Assembly: GCA_963809325.1 (NCBI GenBank)
Contig: CAWEIZ010000002.1
Span: 609,745 to 673,744 of the forward strand
From: an uncultured Actinomycetes bacterium
Lineage (GTDB): Bacteria > Actinomycetota > Thermoleophilia > Gaiellales > JAICJC01
DNA: 64,000 nucleotides
Direction: 5' to 3'
Positions 9,439-19,526 of the stretch are shown in pieces. The notes beneath the pieces were generated by a model that worked only from the letters and a program-made list of their open reading frames with translations, did not search any database and had not been told where the DNA came from. Every line of letters begins with the position of its first letter. The first letter of the stretch is position 1. The translations under genes and the position numbers were made by a program.

Positions 9439-9705
9439 GTGCTCATGCTCCAACCGACCGACATGAAGGCCCGACAGCTCATCGCCGCCGAGCGAATCGA
9501 GCGGCTGCGGCGCGACGCCCGGCCGTCGACTCCGCGCGTCGCGGGCCCTGTCCGGCGCCGGGCGGGTGCCTTCCTCGTGGCGTCGGGTCTCCGGCTCGCG
9601 GGGCAGTGCGTGTGGTTCGTGGCGGCAGAGCCGGCGACGGCCGGTGCGGCGTATCCTTCCTTCCTCCCGGATGGCGTCACGGACCACACCACCGTTCCGC
9701 GCTGA
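9439..9705 (+). CDS. hypothetical small Arg-rich protein divergent from marR
   Basis: GAGAGG RBS; MLQPTDMKARQLIAAERIERLRRDA...RRRAGAFLVASGLRLAG; overlaps the next gene by 35 nt. Confidence 0.3.
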   Translation: MLMLQPTDMKARQLIAAERIERLRRDARPSTPRVAGPVRRRAGAFLVASGLRLAGQCVWFVAAEPATAGAAYPSFLPDGVTDHTTVPR

Positions 9706-10795
9706 CCACGTCGGCAGTCTGCTCCGCCCGCCCAAGCTGCACAGGGCCCGGGCCGATCACGCCGAGGGTCGGATCGACGCCGACCAGCTCAGGGCAGTCG
9801 AGGACGAGGCGATCCGCGACGCCGTCCGGCTTCAGGCCGACGCCGGCCTGCGGTCGGCGACCGACGGCGAGTTCCGGCGCGCCTCCTGGCACATGGACTT
9901 CATCTACTCGCTGGGCGGAGTCGAGAAGGTGATGGACTCGACGCTCAAGGTCGAGTTCCGAAACGCGGACGGGACGATGGAGTTCACGCCGCCGTCGCTT
10001 CGGATCGGCTCCCGGGTGCGGCTCGACGAGACGATCTTCGCCGGCGCGTTCGGCTTCCTCGCCGGCCAGGTCGGCCCGGGCATCACGCCCAAGCTCACGA
10101 TCCCCTCGCCGAGCATGGTGCACTACCGCGGCGGCCGGGCGGCGATCGACGAGGCCGTCTATCCCGACATCGAGGAGTTCTGGGCCGACCTGACGGCGGC
10201 GTACGCCGAGCAGGTGCGGCGACTCGGCGGGCTGGGGTGCCGCTACCTCCAGCTCGACGACACGAGCCTCGCCTACCTGAACGACCCCCGCCAGCGCGAG
10301 CATGCGGCGGCGATCGGCGGCGACCCCGAGCACCAGCACGAGGCCTACATCCGTCACATCAACGAGGCGCTCGCCGGCCGGCCCGAGGGGATGGCCGTCA
10401 CCACCCACATGTGCCGCGGCAACTTCCGCTCGGCGTGGGCAGCCGAGGGGAGCTACGAGTTCGTCGCCGAGGCGCTCTTCACGCAGCTCGAGGTCGACGG
10501 CTTCTTCCTCGAGTACGACGACGAGCGCTCCGGGGGCTTCGAGCCGCTGCGGTTCGTGCCGCCGGGGAAGATGGTCGTGCTCGGCCTGGTGACGACCAAG
10601 CGCGGCGAGCTCGAGCAGAAGGACGCCCTGAAGCGCCGGATCGAGGAGGCGAGCCGGTACGTCGACATCGACCAGCTCTGCCTCTCGCCCCAGTGCGGGT
10701 TCGCCTCGACGGTGGAGGGAAACGCGCTCACCGTCGAGGACGAGATGGCCAAGCTGCGGCTGGTCGTCGAGACGGCGGCGGACGTCTGGGGGTAG
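9671..10795 (+). CDS. cobalamin-independent methionine synthase (MetE C-terminal-like) family protein
   Basis: PPFRADHVGSLLRPP...YLQLDDTSLAYL...THMCRGNF...LEYDDERSGGFEPL...LSPQCGFAS. Confidence 0.8.
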   Translation: MASRTTPPFRADHVGSLLRPPKLHRARADHAEGRIDADQLRAVEDEAIRDAVRLQADAGLRSATDGEFRRASWHMDFIYSLGGVEKVMDSTLKVEFRNADGTMEFTPPSLRIGSRVRLDETIFAGAFGFLAGQVGPGITPKLTIPSPSMVHYRGGRAAIDEAVYPDIEEFWADLTAAYAEQVRRLGGLGCRYLQLDDTSLAYLNDPRQREHAAAIGGDPEHQHEAYIRHINEALAGRPEGMAVTTHMCRGNFRSAWAAEGSYEFVAEALFTQLEVDGFFLEYDDERSGGFEPLRFVPPGKMVVLGLVTTKRGELEQKDALKRRIEEASRYVDIDQLCLSPQCGFASTVEGNALTVEDEMAKLRLVVETAADVWG

Positions 10796-10802
10796 CCGGG
10801 CG

Positions 10803-10843
10803 GTGAAACATTGGCATCAGGCACCGGTGTTTCAGGCCTGACC
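10803..10843. repeat. copy 1 of an intergenic repeat (GTGAAACATTGGCATCAGGCACCG plus a related tail) between convergent genes
   Basis: 24/24 nt identical to 39215-39238; contains the inverted repeat TGAAACA-N17-TGTTTCA. Confidence 0.6.
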
Positions 10844-10845
10844 GG

Positions 10846-11259
10846 CTAGAGGGCGCGCATGCTGTTGTTGCGCGGCTTCGTCTCGACCTCGGCCAGGCCC
10901 AGCTCGGCCATGAGCGGCGGCACGTACATCCCGAACCGGCCGCGCAGGCCCTTCTTGAGGCCGTACCAGCCGCCGACCGGATTGTCGGGCGAGCGGGCCC
11001 ACGCCTCGACCGTGCCCTCGGCCGCCGGCTTCTGCTCGTCGGCGGATCCGAGGGGCATCCAGTCGCCGTGCGCCTTCAGCATCGCGTGGAGGTCCTCGAT
11101 GCAGCGCAGGTGGTAGCGGAGCTCGGTCTTGCCGACGCGGCACACGAGGGCCGGCGGGTCGAGCGACTCGTCGCGGAACATCTGGTACTCCGATCCGCCG
11201 CTCGGCGTCTTCAGCACCCAGGGGCTCTCGCGCGTTCCGTCGCCCATGGCGGCGAGCAT
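10846..11259 (-). CDS. conserved hypothetical protein
   Basis: SPWVLKTPSGGSEYQMFRDE...CIEDLHAMLKAHGDWMPLGSADEQKPAAEGTVEAWARSPDNPVGGWYGLKKGLRGRFGMYVPPLMAELGLAE. Confidence 0.7.
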   Translation of the reverse strand: MLAAMGDGTRESPWVLKTPSGGSEYQMFRDESLDPPALVCRVGKTELRYHLRCIEDLHAMLKAHGDWMPLGSADEQKPAAEGTVEAWARSPDNPVGGWYGLKKGLRGRFGMYVPPLMAELGLAEVETKPRNNSMRAL

Positions 11260-11272
11260 ACCCCGGCCTTGA

Positions 11273-11482
11273 CTACACGTCGATGCCGAGCTTCCGCAGC
11301 TCGAGGATGGCGGTCTTGCGCCAGCGGGTCGTCCCCGGCGAGAACGGCAACGTGACGGGCATGCCGTTCGCCTTTCGAAGCGGCTTCCCGTCCTGCCAGA
11401 CGTGGTAGTGGCCCGGCGTCGACTCGACCTCGAGGCCGGCGGCCTCGAGCCGGCGGATGAACTCGCGGACGTCCTTTCGCAT
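11273..11482 (-). CDS. HicA/YcfA-like small protein
   Basis: MRKDVREFIRRLEAAGLEVESTPGHYHVWQDGKP...VTLPFSPG...ILELRKLGI; its start overlaps the permease stop (TGATG). Confidence 0.45.
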   Translation of the reverse strand: MRKDVREFIRRLEAAGLEVESTPGHYHVWQDGKPLRKANGMPVTLPFSPGTTRWRKTAILELRKLGIDV

Positions 11483-12278
11483 CACGTCACCAGCCTGGCC
11501 GTCATCCGCCAGATCGCCACCCGCCAGGTGATGAGCCCGAAGACCAGGAGCACGCTCCAGTGCACCAGGTCGGCCCCGATGTCGAAGCCGAACGCCGCGT
11601 GGCGCACGAGCTGGACCGTGTGGTAGAGCGGGTTCAGCTGGGCGAGGTGCTGGGCCCATTCGGGCAGGCCCGTGATCGGGAAGAACGTGCCCGCCACGAG
11701 GAAGAGCGGCGTGATCACCGCGCTGATCACGTAGCTGAAGTTGTCGATCGACTTCATCGTCGCCGCGACCGTGATCCCGAACCCGGCCCATCCGTAGCCG
11801 GCCACGAATCCGATGAACGGCACCGCGACCATCTGGGGCCGCGGATCGAGGCCGAACGCGATCGCGACCAGAAGCGGGGCGCAGCCGTACACCCCGGCGC
11901 GTATCCCGATCCAGAGCGCCTCTGCCGTCACCAGCTCCTCGGTGTCGACGGGGGCCGCCAGGATCGCGTCGTACGTCCGCTGGAAGCGGAACTTCACGAA
12001 CGTCGAGAACATCGCCGGGAACACGCTCGAGAAGAGCACCGCGGTCGCGACCGTCCCGGTGCCGACGAACTCGACGTAGTCGTATCCGCCGACGCGCGAG
12101 ACGAGCGAGCCGAACCCGAAGCCGAAGGCCAGCAGGTAGATCGTCGGCTCGACCGTCGACGAGAACGTCGCCGATCGCCAGTACGACGAGAAGTTGACGA
12201 TCTCGCGGTAGAGCACGCCCGCCAGCGCCGGCCGCTCGAGCCGGTGCAGCCGCCGTGCCCGGCGGTGCCGGCCGTCAT
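11482..12278 (-). CDS. ABC-2 type exporter permease; the N-terminus is uncertain, possibly frameshifted between 12217 and 12270
   Basis: YREIVNFSSYWRSATFSSTVEPTIYLLAFGFGFG... is a multi-TM ABC-2 sequence. The ATG at 12278 forms an ATGA overlap with the ATPase stop but is out of frame with the permease body, whose first in-frame start is GTG 12216. Confidence 0.7.
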
Positions 12279-13182
12279 TCGATGTCCTCGCCCGTCAGGA
12301 GGACGAAGACGTCCTCGAGGTTGGCGGGCCGGCGGGCGCCGTCGTGGCTGAACCCGTTCGACGTCCTCGATCCCGACCACGGCGACGCTCGTCCCGGTGC
12401 GGCGCGTCGCGCAGGCCGCCCGCGACCGCGGTCCGCTCCACCTCGGAGAGCCGGGCCGGCGGGCCGTACACCTCGAGCACCTCGCTCCCGGCGTGCTCGG
12501 CCACCAGGTCGGTCGGACGGCCCGTGACGACGGCCCGCCCCTCGGCCATGATCGTGACGGTGTCTGCCAGCCGCTCGGCCTCCTCGATGTAGTGGGTCGA
12601 CATGAGGATCGAGACGCCCTCGGTGCGGAGGCTGTCGATGAGCGCCCACAGCTCCTGGCGCACCTGGGGGTCGAGCCCGACCGTCGGCTCGTCGAGCAGG
12701 ACGAGACGCGGGCGGTGGACGAGCGCTCGTGCGATCAGCAGCCGGCGCCGCATCCCGCCGGAGAGCTCGTCGACGCGGGTGTCGCGGCGGGCGTTCAGGT
12801 TCGCGATCTCGAGCGCGCGCTCGACCGCCGGGCCGCGCTCGCCCCGGCCGAGCCGGTAGAGCCACGCGAACACGTACAGGTTCTGCTCGACCGTGAGCGT
12901 GGTGTCGAGGTTGTCGAGCTGGGGGACGACCCCGCACTCGGCCCGGGCCTGCTTCGACTCGCGCGGGAGGCTGTAGCCGAGCACCTCGAGCTCGCCCTCG
13001 TCGGCGATCGCCTGCGCCGTCAGCATCTTCATCGTCGTCGACTTCCCCGCACCGTTCGGCCCGAGCAGTCCGACGCACGTGCCCGCCGGGACGTCCAGGT
13101 CGAGGCCGTCGACGGCCGTGATGGGGCCGAACCGCTTGGTGACGCCGCGCATCCGGATCGCGATCTCGGGCTCCCGTGCCAT
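12275..13182 (-). pseudogene. ABC transporter ATP-binding protein (NodI/DrrA-like), probably two +1 frameshifts in the 3' end (near 12393-12395 and 12353-12355) as assembled
   Basis: GLLGPNGAGKSTT, LSGGMRRRLLIARAL and LLDEPTVGLD are in the frame of 13182. The family C-terminus RRPANLEDVFVLLTGEDIE* is in another frame and ends at 12275. Third-position GC passes through all three frames. Confidence 0.75.
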
Positions 13183-13209
13183 GGTCGCACGGTATCGCGG
13201 GACGACCGC

Positions 13210-14184
13210 TCAGCCCACGGCGAACGGGTTCGACCAGGCGAGGGAGCCGTCGGCCGAGACGACCTCGACCCGGCCCCACTTCCAGTACTCGGGCGGCTCG
13301 AACCGGGCGCGGGTGATCGCGCCGTCGTCGCGCCGCTCGAGCACGCGTCCGCGCCAGTTCATGGCGAGCGGCGCCGCGTTGACGCCGCAGCCGTCCCACG
13401 GCCCGGAGCGCACGGTGATCGACCGGGCCGGCGCGGACCGCACCTCGACGCCGCCGGCGTCGACCTCGATCCCGAGGATCGTCGCGCCGGACGTGGCGTA
13501 GAAGTCGCCGTCGCGCAGCGCGGCCACGACCGCCTCACGGGAGCGCTCGGCCGCGCGCACCATCGTCCACGCGAGCCGGCTGTCCTGGCCGGGGTAGTGC
13601 GAGTCGTCGGTCGCGATCCCGAGGCAGCGCCCGCCGAGGTGCAGGATGTCGTCCCAGTGGACGACCGAGAGGCCGTTTCGCTGCATGAGCTCGGAGCCGC
13701 CGTTCATGACCTCGATGCCGGAGAGCGCGGGCGCGGCCAGGTAGTCCTCGGCCCGAAGGCCGCTCCAGTAGGGATGCGCCAGGTACGCCACGCCGCCCTG
13801 GGCGACGATCCAGGCGGCGGCGTCCGCGATCGACGGGAACTCCTCGGCGGGATCGGGCAGGACGTCGATCCCGTAGGCCAGCACGTCGGCGTCGAAGTCG
13901 CCCCGTCCGTCGAGCTTGGCCGAGAGCTCGCTCGACGGGATCAGCAGGAGCTCGTCGTGGGCGTGGGTCGTGATGTGCCAGTGGTCGGTGATCGCGAGCA
14001 CGTCGAACCCGGCCCGGACGTAGTGCTCGACGAGCCCGGCGGGGGTCGCCTCGCCGTCGGAGTTCGTGGTGTGCGAGTGGAGCTGGCAGCGCAGCCACTC
14101 GCCGTCGCTGCCGAAAGGGGCGATCACGGCCGCGGACGCTACCGGGCGGGTCGGCCTGCACGCAACCGGCGCGGTTTGTACCAT
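13210..14184 (-). CDS. PHP domain (CehA/McbA-like) metallohydrolase
   Basis: LRCQLHSHTTNSDGEATP...DVLAITDHW...AYLAHPYW...GIATDDSHYPG. Confidence 0.7.
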   Translation of the reverse strand: MVQTAPVACRPTRPVASAAVIAPFGSDGEWLRCQLHSHTTNSDGEATPAGLVEHYVRAGFDVLAITDHWHITTHAHDELLLIPSSELSAKLDGRGDFDADVLAYGIDVLPDPAEEFPSIADAAAWIVAQGGVAYLAHPYWSGLRAEDYLAAPALSGIEVMNGGSELMQRNGLSVVHWDDILHLGGRCLGIATDDSHYPGQDSRLAWTMVRAAERSREAVVAALRDGDFYATSGATILGIEVDAGGVEVRSAPARSITVRSGPWDGCGVNAAPLAMNWRGRVLERRDDGAITRARFEPPEYWKWGRVEVVSADGSLAWSNPFAVG

Positions 14185-14193
14185 CTCGCAACC

Positions 14194-15860
14194 GTGGCCG
14201 CCCCCGCGTCACCCGCCGCACGCTCCTTCAGGGCGCAGCGTCGGGCTCGCTCGCCGTCTACCTGGCCGGCTGCGGCGGCAGCTCGTCGAAGCTGCCGCCC
14301 GCGTCGTCGGGAGGCGGAGTCGCCGTCTCGGGCGCCGTGCCGGGCCCACCGGTGACCGGAGGCGTCCGCGGCGGCCGGGTCGTGAACGCGTTCGACGTCG
14401 AGGGCAACGGCTACGACCCGGCCATCGCCTACACGAGCACGGGGTGGGAGGCGATCTGCGACGTCCTCTTCTCGCCGCTCTACTCCTACGACACCGACAA
14501 CTCGCCGCGGCCGAACGCCGCCGCCGCGATGCCGAAGGTGTCGGCCGACGGGCTCGTCTACACGATCCCGCTCCGCAAGGACGTGAAGTTCCACAACGGC
14601 CGGGCGGTGGTCGCCGCCGACTACAAGTACGCCTGGGAGCGGGTGCTCGACCCCAAGACCCAGAGCTGGGCGGCGAGCTACATCTACACGATCAAGGGCG
14701 CCAAGGAGCTCTACCACCGTCAGGCGCAGGAGCTCACCGGCGTCGAGGTCGTCGACGACTCGACGCTCCGGGTGACGCTCGTCCAGCCCGACATCACGTT
14801 CGTCTACGCCCTGACCCAGCCGTTCATGGCGCCGGTTCCCAAGGAGGAGGTCGACCGTCTGGGCGCCGACTTCGCAGACACCCCGGTCGGGAACGGCCCG
14901 TTCAAGGTCGGGACGTACGACTCGCAGGGCCAGCGCTACGTGTTCACCCGGTTCGACGACTACTACTGGAAGGGCCTCCCGTACCTCGACGAGGTCGAGT
15001 TCCGATGGGGGATCGACCAGAGCGTCCAGCTCCTCATGATGCAGCGCGGCGAGCTTGACCTCATGGGCTACGGCCTGAACGCCCAGAGCCTCGCCGAGAC
15101 CAGCGCGTCCGACCGGCTCAAGAAGTACCGCTTCGAGCAGCCGCTGCTCGCGTCGCGGTGGATCAACATGCACCCCCGCGTCGAGGCGTTCCGCGACGTC
15201 CGCGTCCGCCAGGCGCTCAACTGGGCGACCGATCGCGACCAGCTCGAGCGCGTGACCGGCGGCGAGGCGACCGCCTGGGGGGCGCCGTTCCCGAAGGACG
15301 TCCTGGCCGGCGCGCGCACGTTCCCGCCGTACACCCTCGACCTCGATCGCGCCCGCAGCCTCCTCTCCGAGGCGGGGTCACCGCAGGTGGCGGCGACCCT
15401 GTGGGTGAGCGACAGCCCCGAGCCCCAGGTCGGCGCGGTGCTCCAGCAGCAGTGGAAGGCCATCGGCGTCGACATCACGCTGAAGCAGGCCTCGTACGCG
15501 ACCATCAACGATCTCAGCATCAAGGGCAAGTGCGACGCGTGGGTCTCGACCTACTACGCGATCTACCCGACGGCGATCGACCTGATCAGTCAGTACTGGG
15601 AGACCGGCGGGTCGGCGAACTACACCCACTACTCGAACGCCGACGTCGACCGGCTCACCGCCCAGGCCCGCGGCACCAACGACCCGGTGGCGCGAAACGC
15701 GCTCCTGGCCCAGGTCGAGGCCCAGGTCGGCGAGGACGCGGCCGGCGTCTTCTGCGAGAACGTGAACTGGATCATGGCCCGCAACCCCGACCGCCTCAGG
15801 AACTTCCACTACTCCGGTGTCTACGGCGCTTACTACGACCGCCTCTGGGTCGCGACGTAA
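14194..15860 (+). pseudogene. ABC transporter substrate-binding protein (family 5, peptide/nickel type); the signal peptide is out of frame at the C5 run 14201-14205 as assembled
   Basis: The mature part is in the frame of 14337. That frame also reads upstream as ...VTRRTLLQGAASGSLAVYLAGCGGSSS (a Tat-like RR motif plus lipobox) but has no start codon. GTG 14194 is one base out of frame. Confidence 0.7.
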
Positions 15861-16711
15861 GGCGCCCGCGGCCACCTGGCCGCGGCGGACGTTCATCGCA
15901 GGGGTGGCGATTCTCAGCGCGAGGCGTGCTGCTGGCGGTGTTCGCGCCGCTCTTCGGCGACCCGTACGCGACGCCCGTCGACGGCCTGACTCCGACGGGG
16001 CTGCCGCTCGGAGTCCTCACCTCCGGCCACCCGCTCGGGACCGACTCGCTGGGCCGCGACATGCTCGCACGGGTCGCGTTCGGAGCCCGGGCGAGCCTCG
16101 AGATCGCGTTCATCTCGAACATCACCTCGGTCGGGCTGGGAGTGATCGTCGGCCTCGTCGCCGGCTTCTACCGCGGCTGGGTCGAGCACGCGCTCATGCG
16201 GATCGCCGACGTGTTCCTGGCCGTGCCGACGGTGATCTCGGGCCTCGCGCTCGCGAGCGTCCTCGGGACGGGCGTGATCGGCATCTCGGTCGTCGTGACG
16301 GCGCTGTACTGGGCGTGGACGGCCAGGGTCGTCTTCGGCGAGACGCTCGCGCTGCGGCGGCGCACGTTCGTCGAGGCGGCGATCGCGATGGGGGCGCCCG
16401 GCCGCACGGTGATCCGGCGCCACATCCTGCCGAACCTCGCGAGCCTGATCGCGACCATCGCGGCGTTCAACGGCGCGACCGTGGTGGCGGTCGGCGCCGG
16501 GCTCAGCTACCTCGGCGCCGGGATCCAGCCGCCGACGCCGGAGTGGGGGAACATGCTCGCCGAGGGCCAGGGGGCGATCGACTACGCACCGCACCTCCTG
16601 ATCGTGCCGCTGGCGTGCGTCGTCCTCATCGTCTTCGGCTTCGTCCTGATCGGTGAGTCGCTCTCGCGCCGCGGCGCCGTCTCGCTCCAGAGGTCATGGC
16701 TCGATATCTGA
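15817..16711 (+). pseudogene. ABC transporter permease (DppC/OppC type), +1 frameshift near 15922-15925 as assembled; start uncertain
   Basis: TM1 (WPRRTFIAGVAILSA) is in one frame. The body (VLLAVFAPLFGDPY...GTDSLGRDMLARV...) is in the next frame. Confidence 0.7.
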
Positions 16712-17620
16712 TCGTCCGCGCCGGCCTCGGCCTCGTCACGATCGCGGGCGTCGTCCTGCTCACGTTCGTGCTCCAGTTCTCGCTTCCGGGCGACCCCGCC
16801 CGCCGGATCGCGGGCCCGCGCGCGTCGCCGGAGGTGCTCGCGACCGTGCGCGCCAATCTGCACCTCGACGACTCGGTGCCGTCGCAGCTCGTCACCTACG
16901 TCGACGGATGTCGCGCAGGGCGATCTCGGCGTGTCGTACATCCGCCGCCGGCCGGTCATCGACCTGATCATGGAGCGCCTGCCGGCGACGGCCGTGCTCG
17001 CCGTCGGCGGCCTGATGGTCGAGGTGATCCTGGGCGGCGGCCTCGGGCTGTGGGACGGCCTTCGCCGCAAGCGCAGCCGCGGCCTCGCCGCCGCGAACGT
17101 GGTCCTCCTCTCGATCCCGACCTACTCGCTCGGGTTCCTGCTGCTCGTGGTCTTCGCCTACCGGCTCGACCTGCTCCCGCTGGGCGGAGGCACGAGCGCC
17201 AAGGAGCTGATTCTCCCGGCGGCGACGCTCGGCCTCTTCGGCGTCCCCTACTACGCCGCGGTCGTCTCGGAGTCGACGCGCACGGCCCTGTCCGCGTCGT
17301 ACATGCGAACGGCCGTGGCGAAGGGCCTTCCGCGGCGTGTGATCCTGCGCCGGCACGTGATCAGAAACTGCCTCTCGCCGGTGATCACGCTGGCCGGCCT
17401 CGATGTCGCGATCTACCTGTCCGGCGTCGTCTTCGTCGAGTCCGTCTTCGCATGGCCGGGCATCGGCGAGCTTCAGGAGCAGGCCTACAACGAGCTCGAC
17501 CGGCCGCTCCTCATGGGCACGGTCATCATCGCGGCGGTGGTCGTGGTCGCCTTCAACCTCGTCGCCGACGTCGTCCGCGTGCTCGTCGACCCGCGGGCCC
17601 GCGTGGAGGAGGCGGGATGA
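16696..17620 (+). pseudogene. ABC transporter permease (DppB/OppB type), +1 frameshift near 16906-16907 as assembled
   Basis: MARYLIVRAGLGLVTIAGVVLLTFVLQFSLPGDPARRIAG...LVTYVD runs in one frame. It continues as DVAQGDLGVSYIRRRPVIDLIMERLPAT... in the frame of 16931. Confidence 0.75.
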
Positions 17621-18579
17621 CGCCGCTCCTCGAGGTCGAGCGCGTCTCGGTTCACTACGGCTCGTTCGAGGCGGTGACCGAGGCGTCGATCGCCGTGGAG
17701 GAGGGGAGCACGATGGCGATCGTCGGCGAGTCGGGGTCGGGCAAGACGTCGCTCGCGCTGGCGGTCGCGCGGCTCCTGCCTCCCGGCGGTGAGATCGTCG
17801 CGGGCTCGGTGCGTGTGGACGGCGTCGACGTCACGAGCCTCACCGGAGCCGATCTGCGCCGCGCGCGCGGGCGGCTGGTCGGCTACCTCGCCCAGGATTC
17901 CATGGCGGCGCTCAACCCGGTCCTGCCGGCCGGCCTCCAGGTCGCGGAGGTGTTCGAGACGCGCGACGGCGCGCGGCGCCGTGACGCCCGCCGTCAGGCG
18001 GTCGACATCCTCGCCCAGGTCGGCATCCAGCGGGCGGCGGAGGTCGCTGCCATGTATCCGCACGAGCTCTCGGGCGGCATGCGCCAGCGGGTCATGATCG
18101 CGATGGCGCTCGCGCTGCGCTCGCGGCTCCTCATCGCCGACGAGCCGACGACCGCGCTGGACGTCACGGTGCAGGCCGAGATCCTGGCGCTGGCCGCGGC
18201 GCTCCAGGCCGAGCACGGCGTGACGTTCCTGTGGATCACCCACGACATGGGCGTCGTCGCCGAGATCGCCGGAACCGTCGCGGTCATGTACGGCGGACGC
18301 ATCGTCGAGCAGGGGCCGGCGGCCGAGGTGTTCGCGCGCCCGGCGCACCCCTACACGCAGGCGCTTCTCGAGACGGTGCGCGGCGGAGCCGAGGCGCCGC
18401 CGAAGTCGCCGTTCGCCACCATCGCGGGCGCCCCGCCGGCGGGGTTCATCCCGCCCGGCTGCCCGTTCCATCCCCGCTGCGCGCACGTCCACGAGCCGTG
18501 CGCCGATGCCGTGCCACAGGCGGTGGACGTCGGCCCCGGGCACCGGGCCGCGTGCCACCTTCTCGGAGGCGCCCGGTGA
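17617..18579 (+). CDS. ABC transporter ATP-binding protein (DppD/OppD type)
   Basis: GESGSGKTS, LSGGMRQRVMIAMAL, ADEPTTALD, and a C-terminal Cys-rich oligopeptide-ATPase tail; ATGA overlap. Confidence 0.85.
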   Translation: MTPLLEVERVSVHYGSFEAVTEASIAVEEGSTMAIVGESGSGKTSLALAVARLLPPGGEIVAGSVRVDGVDVTSLTGADLRRARGRLVGYLAQDSMAALNPVLPAGLQVAEVFETRDGARRRDARRQAVDILAQVGIQRAAEVAAMYPHELSGGMRQRVMIAMALALRSRLLIADEPTTALDVTVQAEILALAAALQAEHGVTFLWITHDMGVVAEIAGTVAVMYGGRIVEQGPAAEVFARPAHPYTQALLETVRGGAEAPPKSPFATIAGAPPAGFIPPGCPFHPRCAHVHEPCADAVPQAVDVGPGHRAACHLLGGAR

Positions 18580-19517
18580 GCGCGCCGATCGTCCAGCTCG
18601 ACCGGGTGACGAAGCGGTTCGGGCGCGTGACCGCCGTCGACGGCGTGTCGCTTTCGCTCCACGCCGGCCGGACGCTCGGCGTCGTGGGCGAGTCGGGATG
18701 CGGCAAGTCGACCACCGCCCGGCTGGTCGTGGGCCTCGAGCGGCCGAGCGACGGCGCGCTTCGCTTCAACGGCACGCCGTACGGCCGCTCCGCCCGGGCG
18801 CTTCGTTCGGCCCGCAAGGCAATCGGGATGATCTTCCAGGATCCCTACGAGTCGATCGACGGCCGGTTCACGGTCGGAGACGTCGTCGCCGAGCCGCTCG
18901 ACACGCACGGTGTCGCGCGGGGCGCACGCGCCGAGCGCATCCACGAGCTGCTCGACTCCGTCGGGATGGGCGGCATCGACCCCGGCGCCTATCCGGCCCA
19001 GTTCTCGGGCGGGCAGCGCCAGCGGATCGGCATCGCCCGCGCGCTCGCGCTCGACCCGGAGCTCGTGGTCTGCGACGAGCCGACCTCGGCGCTCGACGTC
19101 TCGGTGCAGGCCCAGATCCTGAACCTCCTGCTCGAGCTCCAGCGCGAGCGGGGCGTGGGGCTGCTCGTCATCTCGCACGACCTCCACGTGGTGCGGCGGA
19201 TGAGCGACGAGGTGGCCGTGATGTACGCCGGCATGGTGGTCGAGCAGGGGCCGGCCGAGGATGTCACGCGCTCGCCGCGGCACCCCTACACCCGGGCGCT
19301 GCTCGACGCCATCCCGGGCACGTCGCCCGCCGAGCGGCGCCTGAGCGGCCGTCCGCGCGCCGCCGAGGGGATCGCGTCGGCGGCGGTCGCAGGCTGCCCG
19401 TACTCGACCCGCTGCCCGCTCGTGACCGACATCTGCCGGGCCGAGAAGCCGGCCCTCGAGGGGGGCGAGCACGCGGTGGCGTGCCATCACGCGGACGCGG
19501 CGGCCACGGCGAAGTAG
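18576..19517 (+). CDS. ABC transporter ATP-binding protein (DppF/OppF type)
   Basis: GESGCGKST, FSGGQRQRIGIARAL, CDEPTSALD; GTGA overlap. Confidence 0.85.
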   Translation: MSAPIVQLDRVTKRFGRVTAVDGVSLSLHAGRTLGVVGESGCGKSTTARLVVGLERPSDGALRFNGTPYGRSARALRSARKAIGMIFQDPYESIDGRFTVGDVVAEPLDTHGVARGARAERIHELLDSVGMGGIDPGAYPAQFSGGQRQRIGIARALALDPELVVCDEPTSALDVSVQAQILNLLLELQRERGVGLLVISHDLHVVRRMSDEVAVMYAGMVVEQGPAEDVTRSPRHPYTRALLDAIPGTSPAERRLSGRPRAAEGIASAAVAGCPYSTRCPLVTDICRAEKPALEGGEHAVACHHADAAATAK

Positions 19518-19526
19518 TCTCCGGCC

